IMG/VR virus record: IMGVR_UViG_3300037424_000696
Location: 1-43,973 of that record
DNA length: 43,973 bases
Source: a virus
Taxonomy: Duplodnaviria > Caudoviricetes
Strand: one strand, 5' to 3'
Position numbers and translations under genes: made by a program. Below are positions 9,060 to 18,436 of the stretch, in pieces; positions within the stretch are counted from its first letter, which is position 1, and every line of letters begins with the position of its first letter. Below the pieces are notes generated by a model. That model made no database searches. It was not told the origin of the DNA and saw only the letters and a list, made by a program, of their open reading frames with translations.

Positions 9060-9740
9060 TTAGCTCCTCCACATGCGCGGCGCCTTGAGCAAGCCCAGGC
9101 GGACTAGCTCGGCACGGAGCGCCTTGTGCTGCACCACGTCGGAGACGACGCGCTGCCGGGTGAGGGCGAGCTTCTTGTTCGTGAAAAGGCGGTTCGCCTC
9201 GCGCCACTCGGTCTGCGTCATGTGGTGCTTCGGCTCGGGGAGCCGGAGCAGCGACGCGAGGTTCTCTTGCGACGCAGACAAGTCCTTGCGGCGCACGAGG
9301 TCACCGTGCGTATCCGAGGTGAGCAGAGACGGCAGCGGCGGCAGCTTGTTCTCCATCATTGCGCTATTGAGCACCGGGAGGTCGTGCTTGCGGATGTAGT
9401 GCCCGGTCACGATGCCGGCGCTCGCGAGGATGTCACGGAAACGCGCGAACGCCTCGACTGGCGTCTGCTTGACCCCGTGCCGGTCCTTGTAATAGCCGTC
9501 CGAAGTGAGGAGGAGGTACTTGACCAAATCCTCGCCGTTCCACGACCACGCAATCGCCGTGATTTCGGCACTCGTCCAATCTTGCCCCAGATACGAGAGA
9601 GGGCGGTTTTCGAGGTCGAAATCGAGGACGGACTTCTCCTCCGCGGCACGCGCCTTCACCAAATCAAAGAAGTCGAGAGTGCTATCGAGGCTTGAGCGCA
9701 CGGGGCTTCTCCTCTGCCAATTGCTTCTGAGGCTTCTCAT
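9060..9740 (-). CDS. RNase H-like (DnaQ/YprB-type) 3'-5' exonuclease
   Basis: VLDFDLE (ExoI), GHYIRKHDLPVLN (ExoII), VVSDV (ExoIII). Confidence 0.7.
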   Translation of the reverse strand: MRSLRSNWQRRSPVRSSLDSTLDFFDLVKARAAEEKSVLDFDLENRPLSYLGQDWTSAEITAIAWSWNGEDLVKYLLLTSDGYYKDRHGVKQTPVEAFARFRDILASAGIVTGHYIRKHDLPVLNSAMMENKLPPLPSLLTSDTHGDLVRRKDLSASQENLASLLRLPEPKHHMTQTEWREANRLFTNKKLALTRQRVVSDVVQHKALRAELVRLGLLKAPRMWRS

Positions 9741-9924
9741 TTCGCAGAAGGCGCTCTAGGCTGCCAGAGCCGCCCTCGAATTCATACGTCGGGTCTTCGG
9801 CCCGCCGCCGCCGGATTTCCTCTTCTGCTTCGTTAGTGGCCTCCAGCACCTTGAGACGCACTTCAAGACGGGCTCGGGCGTTGCTGCGCATTTCCCGCAG
9901 TTGCTCAGGGCTCTTGTAGGGCAT
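9682..9924 (-). CDS. Hypothetical protein (MPYKSP start)
   Basis: 80 aa; RBS AAGGAG; tight operon packing. Confidence 0.55.
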   Translation of the reverse strand: MPYKSPEQLREMRSNARARLEVRLKVLEATNEAEEEIRRRRAEDPTYEFEGGSGSLERLLRNEKPQKQLAEEKPRALKPR

Positions 9925-10141
9925 TTAGCTTCTCCTTTATGACTGCGATTTTGCGCTTTCGACGCTGAATATTTTTGTGCGTCAGTCGTTTCGCGTCGGT
10001 GCGTGCCATGCTAGCACGCCCTTTCGGGCTCACGCGGTAGCGCGCGCGCCTGGCACGCCCCTTCGGGCTTATTCTGTATTTGTAGCGCGCCCGGCGCGCC
10101 TGTTCTTGCGCTGTCACAGAGTGTGGGTCCTTGTACGGCAT
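9905..10141 (-). CDS. Basic hypothetical protein (MPYKDP start, YRxSPKGRA repeat)
   Basis: 78 aa; abuts the helicase stop; RBS GGAGG. Confidence 0.55.
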   Translation of the reverse strand: MPYKDPHSVTAQEQARRARYKYRISPKGRARRARYRVSPKGRASMARTDAKRLTHKNIQRRKRKIAVIKEKLNALQEP

Positions 10142-11503
10142 TTACAGTCCCTCCATGAATTCGCGTTCAAACACGCCCTTGGCGTCGAGCACGCTCTTTA
10201 CGTAGGCGTCAGCCGGCCCACAAAGGAAGCGCGTCGCCGTCACCCAGGGCGCGGTCTGCCCGGGGCGGGCAAGCCGACCGTTTAACTGCATCCACGGGTC
10301 GTAGCCCCAGGGCGTCGAGAACCACAGGACGTGGTGCCCGCCGGCCTGGAGGTTGAGCCCGTACCCGGTGCTCTGCGGATGAACGAGCATCACCTCGTAC
10401 TCCCCGGCGTTCCAGGCCGGAATCCACTGCGGGTCGAAATTCCGATAGCGCCGCCCAGCCCGGTTGAGCCGCCGCTCGATGCGGTCGCGCTCGTGCTTGT
10501 ACCAATAAGCCACGAGCGCGGGCTGGCCCTGCAACTCGTCCAGGGCGTTGTCGAGCGCTATTAGCTTCGCATCGTGTACCTCCTCCCACTTTGTGCCCTC
10601 TGTGTAGACCGCGCCGCCTGCTATTTGCCGAAGCTTCTGGCCGATTTGTGAAGCCGCGAGCACCTCCAGCTTCGCCCCGTTGGGGAATTCACACCACAAC
10701 TCCTTGAGAAGTTTCGCAGAGAGGGCCGCCACCCGCGGGGGCATCGGCACGTCTCGGTCCACCACGCGCACCGGCGGCTTGTTCACCGGGGCGCTCGCCG
10801 GCCGGACGTACACCCACGGTGCGACGCGCTTCTGAATGTCCGCGACCGCTCCAGGCCAGGGCTCCCAATCGACGGGCTGGAGCCCGGCGCTGGTCTGCAC
10901 GTAGCGCGTCGGGGTGAACCACCGGTCTCGGAAGCCCGAGAAGGTGGGCCCGAGGGGCTCGGGGCCGGCGATGAGGAAAATCTCCGACCACAGGTCGAGG
11001 AGGTGGTTAGGCGTAGGGTGTCCGGTGAGCCCGAGGCGCACGTCCAACTCGGGCACTTGGAAACGGGCCCGCCTGGAGCGGCGCGCGCCCGGCGCTTTCA
11101 TCTTCGACAATTCGTCCAGGGCCACAGCGTTGTACCGCTTGCGTAGACGGACAGTGTTGGTGAGCCACAGAAAGCACTCGTAGCTCACGACTTCGACGTG
11201 AGGTGGGTCCCGGCGAAGCTGCCGCTCGCGCGCGGCCCGAGAGCCGGAGAGGGGCACGACAGTTAAGTTGCGGAGGTGCTCCCAACGTGCGGCCTCTAGA
11301 CCCCACTCATTCGCCGCCACCACGGTCGCCGGGGCGACGACGAGCGCCGGCCACGCCCCCAGGTCGAGGAGCGTTGTCAGCGCAGCCGCCGTCTTGCCGT
11401 CCCCCAGGTCGAGGAGCATGGCTAGCCGACCACCGTTCGCGACTGCCTTCGCCACGGCCTCGGCCTGAGGCACAAACATGTCCGCTCGGGTTCTCACTTC
11501 CAC
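10142..11503 (-). CDS. SNF2-family (SF2) helicase
   Basis: DLGDGKT (Walker A), ALDELS (Walker B), LTGHP, GYGLNLQ, QLNGRLARPGQ. Confidence 0.9.
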   Translation of the reverse strand: MEVRTRADMFVPQAEAVAKAVANGGRLAMLLDLGDGKTAAALTTLLDLGAWPALVVAPATVVAANEWGLEAARWEHLRNLTVVPLSGSRAARERQLRRDPPHVEVVSYECFLWLTNTVRLRKRYNAVALDELSKMKAPGARRSRRARFQVPELDVRLGLTGHPTPNHLLDLWSEIFLIAGPEPLGPTFSGFRDRWFTPTRYVQTSAGLQPVDWEPWPGAVADIQKRVAPWVYVRPASAPVNKPPVRVVDRDVPMPPRVAALSAKLLKELWCEFPNGAKLEVLAASQIGQKLRQIAGGAVYTEGTKWEEVHDAKLIALDNALDELQGQPALVAYWYKHERDRIERRLNRAGRRYRNFDPQWIPAWNAGEYEVMLVHPQSTGYGLNLQAGGHHVLWFSTPWGYDPWMQLNGRLARPGQTAPWVTATRFLCGPADAYVKSVLDAKGVFEREFMEGL

Positions 11504-12198
11504 TTCTTCCAGGGCCCGCGGAGAACGTCCACGAGGTCGAGCACGTTATCCTTGAAACGTGCCCGCCACGAGCGCGCCCGGTACGGACCGTGCCAAGGAC
11601 CGAATTCCCGATGCACCTCTTGCTCGAAGGCCGCGTGTTCCTTGGCCCGTTGAGCCACCTCAGCATCGAGGTCGCGGATACGCTTTTGGACCTGAGCCAG
11701 TTCTTGCTGCTGCCGCTGCTGCTGCTGCGCTTCCGACTTGCCTGCGCGGCGGGGCCACAGTCGCCACGAACGCTTCGGGCCCGGCTCCTTGTAAATAGCC
11801 CACGCCGTTATCTGGGGGTCCTTCGGCATGGTCGGAGCCGGAAACGTAAAGCGTGAAGCGCGGCTCGGAGGGGCGCCGGCCGCCTCTAGCTCCTCTTGGA
11901 GGAGCGCGAGGTAGCGCCATGCGCCCTCGGCGGAATGCCGGATGCGCTCGAAGTGGCCGGGCGACACCTCGATTTCATCGAAGCTGCCACGCTCCACGAG
12001 GTGCCGACCGATGCAGTCGGCGTGGTCCTGGCTCTTTCCGCGGCTCCAGTGTAGCGGCTGCCCTGGGTTGTGCTTGTCATTGCCCAGGACCGACACCTTC
12101 GCCACCTCCGCTAGCGCAGCGGAGAAGTAATCTAGCACCCCGGTCGTGAGGGGGATGCGCTTGCGCTCCTCGGACCCGGTCGGAAGAACGTTACTCAT
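11494..12198 (-). CDS. dATP/dGTP diphosphohydrolase domain protein (DUF5664-like) with C-terminal extension
   Basis: ERKRIPL.TGVLDYF..ALAEVAKVS..GNDKHNPGQPLHWSRGKS.DHADCI.RHL...H.A..AWR.LA.LQ. Confidence 0.75.
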   Translation of the reverse strand: MSNVLPTGSEERKRIPLTTGVLDYFSAALAEVAKVSVLGNDKHNPGQPLHWSRGKSQDHADCIGRHLVERGSFDEIEVSPGHFERIRHSAEGAWRYLALLQEELEAAGAPPSRASRFTFPAPTMPKDPQITAWAIYKEPGPKRSWRLWPRRAGKSEAQQQQRQQQELAQVQKRIRDLDAEVAQRAKEHAAFEQEVHREFGPWHGPYRARSWRARFKDNVLDLVDVLRGPWKKWK

Positions 12199-12644
12199 CG
12201 TGACACCCCCAATACCTCGTCGTGGCTCTTCGCGGCAAACTCTCGCTCCAGATACGCGAGCCACGCCACCGCCCCCTCCACCGTGTCGAAGTGCTGGACC
12301 TGGGGGAGAGCGTAGAAGATGGCACCGCGGTGCGGGCAGGCAGTGCGTCCGCCGATGACGGCGACGTGCTTATTCCACGCGAGCGCGAGGCCAAGCTCGA
12401 CATTTCCGCCGCGTGAAGCCGGGTCGTGGAGGAAGATGAGTGCATCAGCGATTTGCACTCCATAGTAGTCCGCCGTCGCAAATTCCACCAGCTTGTCCCG
12501 GAGGCCCCAGCCGGAATCACCTGCGATGCTGTGGTGAGTCCACGCGCTCGTGACAAGGTGGCCCGCTGCCTCAAGCTGCTTCTCGATTTCCGCCACCTCA
12601 GCGGACCGGTCGAACTTTGACGCTACGTAGACGCGCATATCCAC
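12195..12644 (-). CDS. Nucleoside 2-deoxyribosyltransferase / dNMP N-glycosidase family protein
   Basis: VYVAS, GHLVTSAW, D...V..ADALI, SRGGNVELGLALA (catalytic Glu motif). Confidence 0.8.
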   Translation of the reverse strand: MDMRVYVASKFDRSAEVAEIEKQLEAAGHLVTSAWTHHSIAGDSGWGLRDKLVEFATADYYGVQIADALIFLHDPASRGGNVELGLALAWNKHVAVIGGRTACPHRGAIFYALPQVQHFDTVEGAVAWLAYLEREFAAKSHDEVLGVSR

Positions 12645-12943
12645 TCCTTCTCGTGAATTGCGATGCTAACTGCCTGCATCGTGCTCGTGATGATATACAC
12701 CCGTTCGCCTCTCTCCTCTAACCACGGGATGCGCAGTTTTTGAGCGCGGGTCAGGCGTCCCGATAGCGCCCGCTTGAATTCAAACCAGACGTGATGCCGC
12801 GGTGCGATGAATACCTGCCGGTCCGGCCACCCCTGCTTTCCATGTTTGAGAGTCCATATATCGAGAGCCTCAAGCTCCTCGACCGTGGAGCGCTCGATGG
12901 CAGCCTCTAGGGATTCATCAGTTTTTGCGGTAGCGCGTCGCAC
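12623..12943 (-). CDS. VRR-NUC domain nuclease
   Basis: ESLEAA...GWPDRQVF...WFEFKR...LTRAQ PD-(D/E)xK motif; canonical position between polymerase and SNF2 helicase. Confidence 0.85.
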   Translation of the reverse strand: MRRATAKTDESLEAAIERSTVEELEALDIWTLKHGKQGWPDRQVFIAPRHHVWFEFKRALSGRLTRAQKLRIPWLEERGERVYIITSTMQAVSIAIHEKEWICAST

Positions 12944-14867
12944 CGTAGGTCTCGGCAGAAAGAGGAAGGCCCTCGGCCCACTCCGGCACTTGAGTCATTA
13001 TGCGAAAAAGGTCCTCAGGCGTGAGAGGAGGCTGCGCGACGATTTCGTCGTGGACGGTAAGCAGAGGATTACCCCCTGCACGGTCCACTTCGAGGACTGC
13101 GGCGGCCAAGAAGTCTCGGGAGAAGGCTTGGACGGCATTCTCAGTGAGCTTGCCGCCATACGTCGATACCCGCTCCCACTTTCCTCCTTTATAAATGTTG
13201 CGCCCGAAATAAGTCGCCTGAGTCTTCGGGCGACCGTCCGGCCAGCTTCCGCAAGCCTCATCCGCCACCGGCTGGTAGTAGTAAATCGGACGACCATTGG
13301 GGAGTTCGAGATATGCAAATCGTCGTCCATGAAAAGTTCGTACTCCAGCGTGTAACTTGCCACCTGGGAATCGGATTCGGGAAGCATTACCACGAATAGC
13401 GGCTCGGAAGAATTTTTCAAGGTTCCCCCAGAATTTCGGAATGGCACGATACTTGGCGCGGTAGATGGCGATGATGTCATCCGCACGAACCCGCGCAAGA
13501 ACCGGGTCTTCGTGAAGTGCTACGTCAAAATTCTCGTCTAGTTGCTTCACGAGTGTAGGGCCACCCAATCCGTAGCCAGCGCCCAGGATTACGATTTTGC
13601 CAAGCTGCCTCTTCGCAATGTGAAGCTCCTCGTCGTAATCCTCCTTGCCCACCGGCACCCCGTAAATATCGGATGCCATGTCGCAGTAAATCTCCGCGCC
13701 TGCCCGGAAGGCGTCCACGAGGTCGGTTTGTCCAGCGTACCATGCTGTCACACGCGCTTCTATTTGCGCGAGGTCCCCAATGACAAATGGACCGACGAAG
13801 AACCCCTTGAGCATTTCACTGACTGTGCGAAGCGAGTCATCATATGTCTGCGCTAGGGCGTGAAGCGTGAGCGCCCGAAACGCTGCGTCGGTGTCTCGGC
13901 CGAGCCCTCGGGGTAAATTGTGAGCCTGAACACCACTTCCAGACCACCTCTGTGTCCTCTCTGCCCCGGAATAGATGAGCGCGCCACGGTAACGACCATC
14001 GGTCGACACCATACGCTCCAGGCGCCACAATTTCTGGACAGACGTGCGAGCAACCATCTTCCGAATTTCGAGAGCATAACGTTGACGCTCCGTGAGGTCA
14101 GTGCGGCGCAGCGCGTGGCGCACCTCGACCTTCCTGAGAGAGGGGAGTCCGAGGTACTTGGCTCCCAGGGGTGACCCGACCTTGCATCCTACGAGGCGCT
14201 CCCACTCCTTCGAGAGACGAGCCTTCTCCTCCAGTACCACCTCCTGCGCTAGCTTCATAGCTTCCGTGTCAACCGGCAGCCCGCGCTCATTCATGCGAAT
14301 CGTCAATTCCCACAGAGCTTGTTCACGGTCCGAGAGAGGCGGGAGGATTTCCCAAATCTCTCGCATGGCGAGCACATCGCCCTCGTTGTACTCTTCGAGC
14401 GCCTCGAAGTCCTCGGGCGCGTCCTCCTCTTCCCACCACTCGCCGCTCCGGCGGGGCTTACACAGCTTGTTGATTAGCCGTTTGCCGGCCGCCGCGTCCT
14501 TTAGGTGCTCCAGGGCCAGAGCCTGCCCGGCAAGGTCCAAACTGCGAGGGAGCCCGTAACGAGCACATAGGGCCGCTGTGCAACGAAAGCGTGAAGGAGC
14601 CAGTTTACGTCCGAACTTGTGGGCAAGGATTAGCCTCTCGAATTCTGCATTGTGGGCCACGATGGTGACCGCCGGGTCATCCACGTAGTGAAGCCACTCC
14701 TGGCCGCCGCCTCGGTCCATCGGGCGCCAGCGGAAAGGGCCTCCGTGCTGCCCCGCCCAGGAGGCGCGGAGCACCTCCGTGGACGGGTCCTCAGCGTAGC
14801 GGTACGCCCCGACCTGTTTGAGGTTGAGGCGAGAGCGCGTCTCGAAGTCGAGGAAGAACGGAATCAT
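12918..14867 (-). CDS. Family A DNA polymerase with 3'-5' exonuclease domain
   Basis: LDFETRS, HNAEFER, YNEGDV (exonuclease); DLAQIEAR (motif A), RQLGKIVILGAGYG (motif B), TVHDEIV (motif C). Confidence 0.95.
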   Translation of the reverse strand: MIPFFLDFETRSRLNLKQVGAYRYAEDPSTEVLRASWAGQHGGPFRWRPMDRGGGQEWLHYVDDPAVTIVAHNAEFERLILAHKFGRKLAPSRFRCTAALCARYGLPRSLDLAGQALALEHLKDAAAGKRLINKLCKPRRSGEWWEEEDAPEDFEALEEYNEGDVLAMREIWEILPPLSDREQALWELTIRMNERGLPVDTEAMKLAQEVVLEEKARLSKEWERLVGCKVGSPLGAKYLGLPSLRKVEVRHALRRTDLTERQRYALEIRKMVARTSVQKLWRLERMVSTDGRYRGALIYSGAERTQRWSGSGVQAHNLPRGLGRDTDAAFRALTLHALAQTYDDSLRTVSEMLKGFFVGPFVIGDLAQIEARVTAWYAGQTDLVDAFRAGAEIYCDMASDIYGVPVGKEDYDEELHIAKRQLGKIVILGAGYGLGGPTLVKQLDENFDVALHEDPVLARVRADDIIAIYRAKYRAIPKFWGNLEKFFRAAIRGNASRIRFPGGKLHAGVRTFHGRRFAYLELPNGRPIYYYQPVADEACGSWPDGRPKTQATYFGRNIYKGGKWERVSTYGGKLTENAVQAFSRDFLAAAVLEVDRAGGNPLLTVHDEIVAQPPLTPEDLFRIMTQVPEWAEGLPLSAETYGATRYRKN

Positions 14868-15010
14868 CGGCCCATCGTGGAAAAGACGACGTTCGCGAAG
14901 CCCAGGAAGAAATTACTCAGGGCCATTTGCCAATCCCCGCGCCATGTCGAGTAAGCCCCGGCGAGAAGCTGGAGCATCGCCACCACGAACACAAAGGGTT
15001 GGACTTTCAT
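14864..15010 (-). CDS. Small membrane protein (48 aa, two hydrophobic segments)
   Basis: MKVQPFVFVVAMLQLLAGAY...; ATGA overlaps with both neighbours. Confidence 0.55.
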   Translation of the reverse strand: MKVQPFVFVVAMLQLLAGAYSTWRGDWQMALSNFFLGFANVVFSTMGR

Positions 15011-15315
15011 GCGGCCACCGAAGCTCGCGACCGGAGCGGGAGCGCGGCAAGGAACGCCTGCGCGTCCCGGCCGCCGAAGGCTGCGTACCACGCGCGCGCC
15101 TGCACGTCATTGCGCTGGAACTTCGAGCGCAAGAGGTGACGCCTCACCTTCGCTACCTTGTTTGTCTCCCACCGAGACTCGGCACGGTAGCGCGCCATGG
15201 CCGGGGACTTGGTTTGCCGGCCGTACTTGCGTGCCCCACCGCCCTTCTCCTTCTTGTTGCCGCCGGACTTCTTGAGGACTGCATCGATTTGCGCGAGGGC
15301 CTTGCTCTTCGCCAT
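15007..15315 (-). CDS. Basic hypothetical protein
   Basis: 102 aa from ATG 15315 with RBS AAGGAG; K/R-rich. Confidence 0.65.
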   Translation of the reverse strand: MAKSKALAQIDAVLKKSGGNKKEKGGGARKYGRQTKSPAMARYRAESRWETNKVAKVRRHLLRSKFQRNDVQARAWYAAFGGRDAQAFLAALPLRSRASVAA

Positions 15316-15415
15316 GTTCGTTCTCCTTCGAGATGCCCAAATGACAGGCGCCGCGCCGGGTGGGGTTTTCTCTCCCTCATGCCGGCGGCGCGGCTCTCCT
15401 GGCATCCGCGCGAAG

Positions 15416-16018
15416 CTACAGCATTGACTCCGGGTTCTCGTCGGCCTCCAGAGGCTCCTCCACATAGCCCGCGAAAGCCTCCTGCGCAGACTCACGCCCG
15501 TCGAGGCGCGTCCCGTCTGCCACGAGCTTCACGTTGGACAGGCCCACGCCCACGCCTCGCCCACCCTGCGGGTGCGAGAACGGGAAGAGGTTGACCTGCA
15601 CGCGCACCTTCGCCCCGGCGTAAATCTTCGAGGCGTCCATGATGTCCTCGTTGTTGCGGTCCACCACGCCCGGCGCCCCGAAAGACTCGTTGCGCTTCGC
15701 GACCACGAACAGCCGGCCCGGGAACATCGGCTCGCCAGAGCCGGGCGAGAGACGCGTGTCGCCGTCCGCCAGGACCGGGTACTTCATAGCGGCGACGATG
15801 GCGTCGCCCTTGCCCGGCCACTTCTCGTTGGCGACGGCGATAGCCGCCTTCACGAGAGTGCTCTTGACCTGGGCAGCCTCCTTCGAGCCCTTTTGGTAAG
15901 TCAGGGTGATGGTGAACTTGTTTTCGTCGCCCGGCTTCGCATTGGGGGGCGGCTTCGCCTTGAACACCGAGACGTAATTCGCCGTCGCCACCGGAAGCAC
16001 AATTGCCTTCTGAGCCAT
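15416..16018 (-). CDS. ssDNA-binding protein (DUF2815 / Enc34-like)
   Basis: NYVSVFKA, LADGD, IYAGAKVR, GVGVGLSNVKLVADG.RLDG and an acidic tail. Confidence 0.85.
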   Translation of the reverse strand: MAQKAIVLPVATANYVSVFKAKPPPNAKPGDENKFTITLTYQKGSKEAAQVKSTLVKAAIAVANEKWPGKGDAIVAAMKYPVLADGDTRLSPGSGEPMFPGRLFVVAKRNESFGAPGVVDRNNEDIMDASKIYAGAKVRVQVNLFPFSHPQGGRGVGVGLSNVKLVADGTRLDGRESAQEAFAGYVEEPLEADENPESML

Positions 16019-16035
16019 CTTCGATTTTCCTTCCT

Positions 16036-16266
16036 TCACCACGAGGTAATGGCGAAACCGTGTACCGCCGCGAGGCGGATGGCTTCACCGGGGCCGCTCA
16101 CCACGAGGGCCTTGTTGGGGTGCTTCGTAAATCCACCGCTCTGCGAGACGTAGCCCTTGCCGGCCTTCCAGGCGCACCAGCCCTCGGGGAAGGTCGGGTG
16201 CCGCTCGATGCTGCCCTTCTCCCGAGACCGGACGAGGCGCTCCGCATGAATGAATCCATCAGCCAT
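16036..16266 (-). CDS. Hypothetical protein
   Basis: 76 aa, tightly packed in the operon. Confidence 0.5.
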   Translation of the reverse strand: MADGFIHAERLVRSREKGSIERHPTFPEGWCAWKAGKGYVSQSGGFTKHPNKALVVSGPGEAIRLAAVHGFAITSW

Positions 16267-16465
16267 GAGAAATCCTCCCGACCGCAGCCCGCAATTCCGC
16301 GGCCTTCTCTAAAATTTCTCTGCGGAGCGTGGCTAGCTCGTCCGTCACCGTGTCGACGGAGCCTGACCCGACGGTTGTCCATGTGGTTACCGCTATGAAA
16401 CCGTCCTTATGGCACACCAAGTTAGCACTGAACCGCCCGGCGTGAACGCTGTCACTGATTGTCAT
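16259..16465 (-). CDS. Hypothetical protein
   Basis: 68 aa; RBS AAGGAG; coupled to the upstream stop. Confidence 0.55.
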   Translation of the reverse strand: MTISDSVHAGRFSANLVCHKDGFIAVTTWTTVGSGSVDTVTDELATLRREILEKAAELRAAVGRISHG

Positions 16466-17616
16466 TAGCTTTCTCCTTCGTCGTCAAATACCGGCGGAAG
16501 CGCCGGGCGGGGGTCGTCTTCGGGTGCCAGGACCGGCGCGCCCGAGGGCGCCGGAGCCAAGCTGTCCAGCCAGTGCGTCGGAACCCTGAGCTTCTTTTCT
16601 GCCTGGGCGGGAGAGATTAACTCGGGCTTCGTCAGGAATTCCTCGGGCTCCGCGAGCATCCCTAGTACATAGTATGCCTCCCTCTCATCCACCCACTTCC
16701 GGTGCCCCCTGGGGCCGGCCACACGCTTGAGGCCCGGCACGTCAAAGCCTAGCTCTAGGCGCTGGAGCGCATAGCGCTCGGCTGCCACGAGAGCGGCCCG
16801 GATGCGCGGCGCCGCCGCCACGACCTCCCCGAGGCGCGCGAGCCCGATGGCTTTCGGCTCGGCCAGGGCCAGGGCCGCGCGCTGCTTCGCCCACTCCTGA
16901 TACGCCGGGCACATGCCCGCCGCGTCGCAATTCCGGCACTCATCGCTCGGGATGAGGGGCGCCGCCGGGTTGAGCGCTTCGAGCACGCGCGGCCGGTATT
17001 GGTCGCGCCGGTCCTGTAGCTCCGCTCGCGTTAGCATTTCGACATTCACTGGCGGATTACTCCGCGGCTGGAGGATGGCTTGCTCGTACATGGCGTGCTG
17101 CCAGCCGTAGCGGTGAGCTTCACCAATGGTGTAGAGAGAAAGTTGTGGGTTTTCGTGCGCCGCCACGTCTACCCACCCGAACTTCGCGTCCACTACCGTG
17201 AGGAGGTCCGGCCTCACGAGCACGATGTCCGGCGTCCCCCAAAGAGCGTCGGGGCATCCGAATGCCGCACCAACGATTACCCGCTGCTCGACGCGCAGCA
17301 CGGTCTCGGGGAAGGAGGCGAGTACGTAGAGGACCCAGGTCGCGGCCTGCCTTACCCACCCCACCATTTCTTCTGTCACTTCGACGGGCGCGCCAAGCCC
17401 GTTTTCACTCGTGGGAAGAAGGGTGTTCCCGGTCCACTGCTCGGGCGGTGCCCCCACGCGGAGCAAATCCGCTAGGAACGCGTGGCACGCGGTGCCCTGG
17501 TCGTCGTAGCCAGTGCGCCGCTCCGGGGCGGCCTCCACGAGGGAGACCGACCCCGGGCACGTCATCCACCGGCGCGCGGCGGAAGGCATGAGCTTCGCGT
17601 GTTCGCCGCGCGCCAT
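16465..17616 (-). CDS. DUF2800 / Cas4-like PD-(D/E)xK exonuclease
   Basis: HAKLMPSAARRWMTCPGS, GTACH, WGTPD, VVDAKFG, NPQLSLY, CRNC...CP. Confidence 0.9.
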   Translation of the reverse strand: MARGEHAKLMPSAARRWMTCPGSVSLVEAAPERRTGYDDQGTACHAFLADLLRVGAPPEQWTGNTLLPTSENGLGAPVEVTEEMVGWVRQAATWVLYVLASFPETVLRVEQRVIVGAAFGCPDALWGTPDIVLVRPDLLTVVDAKFGWVDVAAHENPQLSLYTIGEAHRYGWQHAMYEQAILQPRSNPPVNVEMLTRAELQDRRDQYRPRVLEALNPAAPLIPSDECRNCDAAGMCPAYQEWAKQRAALALAEPKAIGLARLGEVVAAAPRIRAALVAAERYALQRLELGFDVPGLKRVAGPRGHRKWVDEREAYYVLGMLAEPEEFLTKPELISPAQAEKKLRVPTHWLDSLAPAPSGAPVLAPEDDPRPALPPVFDDEGES

Positions 17617-17618
17617 GA

Positions 17619-18218
17619 TTACGCCAGGGCCTCGATAAAGGCCGCGTACTTCGAGGCGGGGATGCCGGACACCCGGTCCACGCCGAAGCTCCGCAGCACG
17701 CGGATGGCGTGCTCGCGCTCCGACTCCAAGGCCACGAGGAATGCGTTCTGCGCGTCCTTGAGCTTCACGTCCCCCTTCACCGTATCGGGCCGGGCCGCCG
17801 GCACCGGCTGCGCGGCCTTGAAAGCCTCGCGAGCCACCGGGTTCGTTTCGGCCAGAGACCCCGCCGGGGGCTCGCCGCGCAGCCGCGGAAGCTCGACCGC
17901 AGGCGCGGGCTCCTCCAAGTCCTCACCGTATCGAATCACCTCGATAGCCCCCACCATGGTCTCCGGCGGCGCGAGCCTCTCCAAGAGACCGGCGATGCGC
18001 TCTAGGGTCGAGACGAGGCGCTCCTCGCGTCGCTGGACCGAGGCCAGCACTTCATTGTAAGTCCTGATAGCGGCGCCCAGCATGTCCTCCTTTGAAGGGT
18101 CCTCGCGGGCCATCTGCGTCTGGTACTGCTCGGCGGCCTGGGCCTCCTCTGCCTCACGCTTCGCCTTCTCCTCACGCACTGTCTTCGCCAACTTCTCCTG
18201 CGTCTTTCGGCTTGCCAT
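17619..18218 (-). CDS. Hypothetical protein (C-terminal helical motif common before DUF2800 genes)
   Basis: 199 aa; C-terminal LRSFGVDRVSGIPASKYAAF; RBS GAGGAG. Confidence 0.65.
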   Translation of the reverse strand: MASRKTQEKLAKTVREEKAKREAEEAQAAEQYQTQMAREDPSKEDMLGAAIRTYNEVLASVQRREERLVSTLERIAGLLERLAPPETMVGAIEVIRYGEDLEEPAPAVELPRLRGEPPAGSLAETNPVAREAFKAAQPVPAARPDTVKGDVKLKDAQNAFLVALESEREHAIRVLRSFGVDRVSGIPASKYAAFIEALA

Positions 18219-18425
18219 TTAGCTCACTCCTCTTGCGTAGCTCCAGGGGGCATCGAGCCCGTGTACGTGCTTGGTCCCTGGATAGTGTTTGCCACTTCGC
18301 GCGTCATTCACCGGGCACCGGCAATAGTGGTCGTGGACTATTAGTGACGGGATGCGCGTGCCCCGCCCGTGACGCCGCTCTAGCTCTAGCTCCTCGCGGC
18401 AACCTTCGCAGAGCGGAATTACCAT
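18219..18425 (-). CDS. Small Cys/His-rich protein
   Basis: CEGC...HDHYCRC; RBS AAGGAG. Confidence 0.55.
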   Translation of the reverse strand: MVIPLCEGCREELELERRHGRGTRIPSLIVHDHYCRCPVNDARSGKHYPGTKHVHGLDAPWSYARGVS

Positions 18426-18436
18426 GGCTCCTTTGT

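Noticed and set aside
11494-14867. 2-aminoadenine (Z) genome pathway
   Set aside because: No PurZ/adenylosuccinate-synthetase-like or HD-domain dATPase gene was recognised; DUF5664 alone is insufficient.
16465-17616. Cas4-like nuclease as part of a CRISPR system
   Set aside because: No array or other cas genes; DUF2800-DUF2815-PolA is a standard phage replication block.
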